Shown in pieces: positions 58,242 through 64,000 of a stretch of 64,000 nt of DNA. The translations under genes and the position numbers were made by a program. Where the stretch lies: assembly GCA_041576165.1 (NCBI GenBank), contig JBFGLM010000022.1, forward strand, positions 1 through 64,000, given 5' to 3'. The stretch comes from Acidimicrobiia bacterium. GTDB lineage: Bacteria; Actinomycetota; Acidimicrobiia; Spongiisociales; Spongiisociaceae. The notes beneath the pieces were generated by a model. The model did no database searches. It was given only the letters and a program-made list of their open reading frames with translations, and was not told the DNA's origin. Numbering within the stretch: position 1 is the first letter of the stretch; every line of letters starts with the position of its first letter.

Positions 58242-59375
58242 ATGATGGCGTTGATACGACGGCATGCATTGCTATGGCTGGCGGTACTCGTCGCCTTGGG
58301 ATTGGTGGTGGCGATGACGGCGGGGCCCGTCGGCTTGGGCGCCGACCACCTCGACGCACCGGGCCTGACGTCCCCGGACGGGAACGGCCAAGCCGATATC
58401 AACGACCTGTACGTGTTCGAGGGCGCAGATACGAGCAACACGGTGCTGGCAGTGACGACTAATCCAGGCGCTGGAGCGCTCTCACCGGACACGTTCGGCG
58501 ACAAGCTCCTATACCAGTTCAAGATTGACACCTCCGGCGACGCCGTGGCTGATCTCTCGTACAACGTGACCTTCGGGAAAGAGAGGGACGGCACGCAGAA
58601 GTACAAGATCAAGCTGGCGCAGGGCAATGCGGCAACCAAGCTGAACAATAATGGTCAGACGATCGCCCAGGGGCGAACCGGTTCATCGACGGATATCAAA
58701 ACCGGCGGCGAGGCCTTTACGGGTTTGCGATCGGATCCGTTCTTCTTCGATCTCAGCGGATTCCTCGGGACCGTCGAGGGAGCGATGAACGGCCGCATGC
58801 TGAACGACGGCATGGAAAGTGATCCGTTTGCTGCTTTCAACACCCTGGCCATCGTGCTCGAGGTGCCTGACACAGTATTCGATGGGCCCATCGGAGTGTG
58901 GGCAGTCACGAGCATGAACGGTAAGCAGATCGACCGGATGGGCCGGCCGGCCATCAACACTGTGGTCAATAGTTCCGGCCCTGTCGTGGGCGCTCCATCT
59001 GCGGCGAAGAACGTATACAACGTTTCCGACCCGGCAGATGACGTTGCGAATTTCACCACGGCGGTGATCGGAGCCCTGCAGGCATATTCGTCCCTCGACG
59101 CAGAGGGTCCGTATGCCACGTCCGAGGCCGCAGCGTTGGCGAATGTGCTGTTACCGGACGTGCTGACATTCGACAAGGCATCTGTCCTTCCGGCGCCACT
59201 CAATGGCCGGGCGTTGCCCGACGACGTCATCGACACGGAGCTCAATATCGTCACGGGCGGGGATCCGCTGGGCCTCTTCCCGGGCCGTGACGCCGTGGGC
59301 GGTATTTCGACGGACGGCATCGGACCGCACACGGACTATCTGGCCGACTTCCCGTATCTCGGCGACCCCAACTGA
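58242..59375 (+). CDS. Secreted DUF4331 family protein
   Basis: ADHLDAP, DINDLYVF, DPFFFD, QIDRMGRPAIN, NGRALPDDVID and FPYLG. Confidence 0.9.
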   Translation: MMALIRRHALLWLAVLVALGLVVAMTAGPVGLGADHLDAPGLTSPDGNGQADINDLYVFEGADTSNTVLAVTTNPGAGALSPDTFGDKLLYQFKIDTSGDAVADLSYNVTFGKERDGTQKYKIKLAQGNAATKLNNNGQTIAQGRTGSSTDIKTGGEAFTGLRSDPFFFDLSGFLGTVEGAMNGRMLNDGMESDPFAAFNTLAIVLEVPDTVFDGPIGVWAVTSMNGKQIDRMGRPAINTVVNSSGPVVGAPSAAKNVYNVSDPADDVANFTTAVIGALQAYSSLDAEGPYATSEAAALANVLLPDVLTFDKASVLPAPLNGRALPDDVIDTELNIVTGGDPLGLFPGRDAVGGISTDGIGPHTDYLADFPYLGDPN

Positions 59376-59389
59376 CCACGAACGCCGAT

Positions 59390-59425
59390 CGGTTCTGGGG
59401 GTGGGCAATCCCGCTCCCAGAACCG
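59390..59425 (+). terminator. 16-bp hairpin after the DUF4331 gene
   Basis: CGGTTCTGGGGGTGGG-CAAT-CCCGCTCCCAGAACCG with two G-U pairs. Confidence 0.65.
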
Positions 59426-59439
59426 CCGCGTCGTAGCCG

Positions 59440-59607
59440 GCGCCGGCCGATGGAGCACGAACGGGGCTGGCCTTTGGACCCGCGTGCATTTCTTCCGCCG
59501 AGTCACGGCTGGACGCTGGTGCATGCCGCCGGAATCAACGACCGGGGGCAATCATCGGCTGGGGCTACGTCTCCGGCAGCCAGGCCTACATCATGATCCC
59601 CAACTAA
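59440..59607 (+). pseudogene. C-terminal remnant of an HAF-family extracellular repeat protein
   Basis: LPPSHGWTLVHAAGINDRGQ / frameshift near 59550 / IIGWGYVSGSQAYIMIPN*. No start codon or N-terminus. Confidence 0.65.
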
Positions 59608-59725
59608 GGCTTTGCCCGGCCGCGCCCCGGATCTGGCGGTCGTGGATGCGCAAGCACGCGATGCCGGGATCGAGCGCACACAGCGGCCGAGCGTCCTGCC
59701 CATTGCGACCGGGCCGCCGGCCGCA

Positions 59726-60184
59726 TCACACCGCCCGGCTCAGCGTGACGTCCTCATCATCAAAGCCGAGCAACGCGTATAGCCGACGGGCGGCGTGATT
59801 GGCGGCGCCCGTCGCAACGACCACCCGCGTATATCCGTGCATCCGGGCCCAATCCAAAGCGGACCGAACCAGGGCTTTGCCGATTCCACGCCCTTCGGCG
59901 TCGGGCGCGACCACCAACTCCCCGATGTAGGCGTCGGTATCCCCAGCCCAGTGCCGGTGCTGGCTGACCGTAACGAACCCAACGACTTGGCGATCGAGCT
60001 CGGCCACCAATACAGCTTGTTCCGCCTCGGCAGCTCGATCGAGGGAGGAACGCACCCATCCCTCAACCGCCTCCGCGACGGCCCCCGGCTCCCGCCAGGA
60101 AGCCACTCCCGCCTGCAGCCGGGGGGCCAGCGCCAGGATGGTGGGTCGGTCTGATGGTTGTGCCGGTCTGATGTGAAGCGTCAT
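59726..60184 (-). CDS. GNAT N-acetyltransferase
   Basis: LVVAPDAEGRGIGKAL and NHAARRLYALLGF. Confidence 0.9.
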   Translation of the reverse strand: MTLHIRPAQPSDRPTILALAPRLQAGVASWREPGAVAEAVEGWVRSSLDRAAEAEQAVLVAELDRQVVGFVTVSQHRHWAGDTDAYIGELVVAPDAEGRGIGKALVRSALDWARMHGYTRVVVATGAANHAARRLYALLGFDDEDVTLSRAV

Positions 60185-60280
60185 GTCGGTCACTATGCCG
60201 CACGGACCCCTCCATAAAAAAACCACAAATCCGGACAATCGCCTTGGAACGCTTTGCGACGCAGAGCCTTGGAAAGGGAG

Positions 60281-61471
60281 CTAGTTGCCCGGTCCGTAAA
60301 GCCCGAACTTCCAGTCCGGGTTTCCGGGCACCATCGTGTTGAGGACCTGCGACTGCTGACCCATCGCTCGGGACGTTGCGCACACCGTCCGCGCCAGATC
60401 GAGCTGCTGCGGCTCCCAAGCATCGAGCGCCCCGTCCACGTCGCCCTCGGCATCCCGCAAACAATCCCGCAACACCCAGCCGTCTGCGCAAGCTTTGGCC
60501 GTCCCGGCGGCAACGTGGGGCCTCACGAACGATGCTGCGTCGCCGATGATGCAGACCCGTCCGAACCGCATGCGCTCGACCTCCATGTCGAAGATGACCT
60601 GGATGAATGGGTCGGGGGATTTGAGAACAACTTCTTCAATCGTCGGTGCCAGCTGCTCCCGGGCCGACCGGTGCAGTTCGTCGACGAACTGGTCTTGTAC
60701 CTCGCCCGGTGGGATGGAGTTGGAACGGAGCGAGCCGCTCTTGTCGGTCATCAAAGCGTCGAACTCAGCGCCCTCCACGTAGTTGCGGTACCAGACGAAG
60801 TTGACCAGCCGTTCGCCGGGAACCAGCGACCCCTCCACGCTCGGGATCGGGTACACGAGGATGTGGCTGTGGTCGAGAATCTGGTAGATGATCGATTCGA
60901 TCAGCTCGCTGAAGGCACCATCGGACAGCGCTGCCTCGCGGGCCGTGCCCCGCCAGCCGACGTAGCCCGCGTAGGAAGGCTGTGTATGCGGTTCCAGAAT
61001 CTCGCGCCCGCGAGACGCCACCCCGTCCGCGCACACGAGGAGGTCGCAGTCGGTCGTGGTTCCGTTGGAGAAGTGGACGCGGACGCCATGGGCGACCTCC
61101 TCGAAGTCGACCATCTCGTGCCCGAGGTGATAGCGCTCCAGCTCGAAATCTCGAAGCAGTCCCCGATACACCGAGTTCCATGAGCCAAACCGGTAGTCCG
61201 TGAGTTCTTCAGCCACGACTGCGCCGGATTCGTCGACCCAGCGCCACCACGGCAGGCTGAGCGCCACCGTGGACGACAAGCCGCCGTACTTCTCGACGAA
61301 GTAACGCTCGGTCATCTTCAGCACCACGATGCCCGCGCCCCGGGCTTGGAGTTCGCTGGGTGTGCGTTCATAGACGTCTACGTCGCAACCGAGCTGACGG
61401 AGCAACAGACCGGCCGTCAGGCCGCCGATCGACCCCCCGACAATTGCGACCCGGGGCCAGTCAGGCACCAT
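60281..61471 (-). CDS. FAD-dependent monooxygenase (2,6-dihydroxypyridine 3-hydroxylase-like)
   Basis: VGGSIGGL, GAGIV, YAGYVGWRG, NFVWY and GDAASFVRPHVAAGTAKA. Confidence 0.85.
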   Translation of the reverse strand: MVPDWPRVAIVGGSIGGLTAGLLLRQLGCDVDVYERTPSELQARGAGIVVLKMTERYFVEKYGGLSSTVALSLPWWRWVDESGAVVAEELTDYRFGSWNSVYRGLLRDFELERYHLGHEMVDFEEVAHGVRVHFSNGTTTDCDLLVCADGVASRGREILEPHTQPSYAGYVGWRGTAREAALSDGAFSELIESIIYQILDHSHILVYPIPSVEGSLVPGERLVNFVWYRNYVEGAEFDALMTDKSGSLRSNSIPPGEVQDQFVDELHRSAREQLAPTIEEVVLKSPDPFIQVIFDMEVERMRFGRVCIIGDAASFVRPHVAAGTAKACADGWVLRDCLRDAEGDVDGALDAWEPQQLDLARTVCATSRAMGQQSQVLNTMVPGNPDWKFGLYGPGN

Positions 61472-61489
61472 CCGACAGCTTCCCGAACT

Positions 61490-62017
61490 TCAGGCGGGGA
61501 CCCCGAAGGTGGCGATGCGATCAACCGAGCATTCGAACAGCACTCGCCGCTCGCCCTTCTCCGGGTCACGCAGGGCATAGGTACCACCGCGATCGTCCAT
61601 GTACTTGTCCCAGATCCGATTGACCTGTTCGGTCACCCAAGCGCCCTCTCTGGGGTCGTCTTCGGAGATCTCACGGTCCACGGTGACTTTCATGCTCATC
61701 CAGTGATACGGGTTCTCCGGGTTGACGAGGATGATGGAGACTTCCGGGTTATTGCGGATCCACTCGGTCTTCTTGCGGTGCTCCGCAACATTGACCAGTA
61801 CTTTGTCGCCTTCGTAGTCGAACCACATCGGCGTCAAGTTGGGACGGCCGTCGCCGCCCATGACCGCCATGACACATGTGATCGGCTCGTCCATCAACCG
61901 CTTGTATATGGGATCGAGATCGTCGAGACCGTCGATGGTCGTTCGGTCTCCGACCGAGAATTGGTCTTCGACAAGCCCGTCTCGGAGATCGACGAACTTC
62001 GATAAGGAAATGGTCAC
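61490..62017 (-). CDS. PPOX-class split-barrel flavin/F420-binding protein
   Basis: DGRPNLTPMWF, RKK...IRNNPEVS and NPY. Confidence 0.85.
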   Translation of the reverse strand: MTISLSKFVDLRDGLVEDQFSVGDRTTIDGLDDLDPIYKRLMDEPITCVMAVMGGDGRPNLTPMWFDYEGDKVLVNVAEHRKKTEWIRNNPEVSIILVNPENPYHWMSMKVTVDREISEDDPREGAWVTEQVNRIWDKYMDDRGGTYALRDPEKGERRVLFECSVDRIATFGVPA

Positions 62018-62069
62018 GTGTCTCCCTCCTATTCCGACACCGGGAGGAACATAATCGAAACGATCCGGA

Positions 62070-63632
62070 TCAGCCCCGGCTGATCCGGATCAGATCGCGA
62101 TAACCGGCCGGATCGATCTGGGCGTCGATCAGATGCGGCCGGGTCTGCTCCATTGCGGCCAAGACTTCAAGAGCGCTGGTTGCCCGGGTAGCAGGAAGAC
62201 CGAGACCCGCGCTCACCGCCGCGAAGTCGGTGGGCCGGTAGCTGACTGCGTCGGGACCGCCCTGGTCGGGAGTTTGCTTGACCTCGATCAGCGACAAGGC
62301 CGAATCGTTGAATACCACCACCGCCACATCGAGTTCGAGCCGGACGATCGTCTCCAATTCCGCCAGGGTCATGCCGAGACCGCCGTCGCCGACCAGTGCC
62401 AAGACCGGACGTCCGGGCCGGGCAAGGGCCGCGCCGATTGCGGCCGGAACCGCGAAACCCATCGTGGCCAACCCGTTCGATATCAATAGGTCTCCGTGTG
62501 CGTCAACCGGCCAAAAGGGCATGACGGCCAGGAAATGGGCGCCGGCATCGACGGTCGTGACGGCGTCGAGGGGCGCAGTGTCGAGCAGAGTCTCGACTAG
62601 TTGGAGCGGTCCGAACCCGGTCCGCTCGGGGGCCAGCGCTCGTTGGGTTTCGATCTTGTGCATGACGACGTCATCGAGATCCCAACCCGCGGCCACAGCC
62701 GGGATCCCTTCGAGGAGCCGGCCGAGGTCGCCGACCACCTCAATCGAGTCCGGAAAGAACGCGACGGGATCCGGCCACGGCATCAAAGACACCACCGGCA
62801 TCGGATATGTCCATGGGAACGGCATCGGCTCTACCGCGTCGACCCCAATGGCAAGCACCAAGTCGGACTCATCGAGCAGGGGCTTCTCCAGCGCCCCACT
62901 GGTGAACCGCCCGGCCATGGTCGGCCACGCGTCGGGAATCAAACCGGCCGCCTGATAGGTAGTCAGCACCGGACAACCAGCGTCGGCGACAAAGGCCCGG
63001 ACCTCGGGCTGCCAGGGGGCGGCCTCGGCTCCAATGATGATCACCGGCCGCCTCGCCGCCGTGATCAAGCCGAGCGCTGCGTCGGGCCACGCGCCGGGTG
63101 GTGAGGGGCCGATCAATGCGGGACCGGGATTTCCATCGCACGTCGGATCGAAGTCGAGGTGCACGGCGCCTTGGGGTGCTGACGTGGCCAACCCGGCCGC
63201 CGCAGTTGCGGTGGTCGCCGGATCTGCCGCCCCCAGGACCCCGCTCCATTTGGTGACCGGGCGGGTCATGGCCACCTGATCGATGTTTTGATGACCTACC
63301 GCACCATGGACTTCCGAGGTCACGGTGTCGCTGACCGCAACCAGCGGAAACCGATCCAATGTTGCTTGCGCCAGCCCGTTGACTGCGGATGCAATTCCCG
63401 GCCCTCGGGTGCAGATCATCAAACCCGGGGTGCCGGTTAGGTACCCATATGTGGCAGCCATTATCGCTGCGGCGGTCTCACCATGTGCCAGTGTGAACGG
63501 GATACCCATCGCCGCCCCGGCCCCAATCTTCTCGAGGTTGGGCCCGCCGCCGGGCACACCGAACATCCGATCCGTTCCCTGATCTCGCAGCGCGCCGATG
63601 AGCGCGTCCGCTAGGTGGCGAGAGGTAGGCAT
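62070..63632 (-). CDS. Thiamine-diphosphate-dependent enzyme (acetolactate-synthase-like)
   Basis: FGVPGG, TRGPG, TMGFAVPAAIGA and GDGG...FND. Confidence 0.88.
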   Translation of the reverse strand: MPTSRHLADALIGALRDQGTDRMFGVPGGGPNLEKIGAGAAMGIPFTLAHGETAAAIMAATYGYLTGTPGLMICTRGPGIASAVNGLAQATLDRFPLVAVSDTVTSEVHGAVGHQNIDQVAMTRPVTKWSGVLGAADPATTATAAAGLATSAPQGAVHLDFDPTCDGNPGPALIGPSPPGAWPDAALGLITAARRPVIIIGAEAAPWQPEVRAFVADAGCPVLTTYQAAGLIPDAWPTMAGRFTSGALEKPLLDESDLVLAIGVDAVEPMPFPWTYPMPVVSLMPWPDPVAFFPDSIEVVGDLGRLLEGIPAVAAGWDLDDVVMHKIETQRALAPERTGFGPLQLVETLLDTAPLDAVTTVDAGAHFLAVMPFWPVDAHGDLLISNGLATMGFAVPAAIGAALARPGRPVLALVGDGGLGMTLAELETIVRLELDVAVVVFNDSALSLIEVKQTPDQGGPDAVSYRPTDFAAVSAGLGLPATRATSALEVLAAMEQTRPHLIDAQIDPAGYRDLIRISRG

Positions 63633-63751
63633 CGGCTGGGAGGATATCGCCAGTGGTGCACTGGGGCCTGTCCGCCGCGTCGCTGCACACTCCGATCCCT
63701 CCGACCGTGCTCATCGGGCCACCCGTCGGTCCCCAGACGGGGATGACACCG

Positions 63752-64000
63752 TTAACCGATCACTTCCACCAGGAAGTCTCGGATTCTTGTCTCATAGGCA
63801 TCGGGGTCGACATTCCAGCTTTCGACGTGGCCGGCAGTGGTTTCAACCAGGCCGACCCGGGCCGGATTGGCGGCGGCCAAGTCTCGTGCCACCGAAGGAG
63901 GAACGGTTTCGTCGGCCGAACCCTGGAAGACCAGCATCGGGATGTCGGTGTCGCCGGCCCGACTGACGTAGTTGATCTGATCCCACGCAACGTCCCATCG
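63752..64000 (-). CDS. Alpha/beta hydrolase, C-terminal part (start lies beyond the window)
   Basis: PMLVFQGSADETVP (Asp) and AGHVESWN (His). Confidence 0.8.
   Translation of the reverse strand, partial: RWDVAWDQINYVSRAGDTDIPMLVFQGSADETVPPSVARDLAAANPARVGLVETTAGHVESWNVDPDAYETRIRDFLVEVIG

Noticed and set aside
662-59425. GC hairpins at 662, 43862, about 54245 and 59390 as a REP family
   Set aside because: Their sequences are unrelated; they are better explained as individual terminators or stabilisers.
60224-60237. CACAAATCCGGACA resembling the SigK-like -35 region at 58166
   Set aside because: There is no matching -10 element and it points away from the adjacent gene start; likely chance.

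Overview
A high-GC chromosomal segment, most likely from an actinobacterium and plausibly Acidimicrobiia. The assignment is inferred from F420-dependent enzymes, a mycothione reductase-like gene, a mycoredoxin-like gene, an SLH-bearing protein and many apparently leaderless genes. It holds about 65 mostly metabolic and redox genes. I recognised no rRNA, tRNA, CRISPR array, prophage or intact transposase. Points the ORF track misses or does not explain: (1) A selenoprotein of the AhpC/TSA-like peroxiredoxin family is split at an in-frame UGA (motif F-G-U-L-M-C, 6759-7286) and has a SECIS-like hairpin. (2) An orphan alpha-oxoamine-synthase-like gene is followed by a multi-TM histidine kinase and preceded by five CTAGTCA boxes (47586-50837). 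This resembles an autoinducer synthase/receptor pair and is my best candidate for an undescribed system. (3) Perfect SigH/SigR-type promoters (GGAA[T/C]-N18-GTT) sit before msrA and trxA, and unexpectedly before a DUF427 gene and cfa. (4) A structured candidate sRNA lies between msrB and the mycoredoxin-like gene. (5) There is a leaderless 52-aa ORF. (6) There are four decayed gene remnants (DUF222-HNH, K+ channel, AIM24, HAF repeat). All family calls come from motif recognition by eye, not from database searches.
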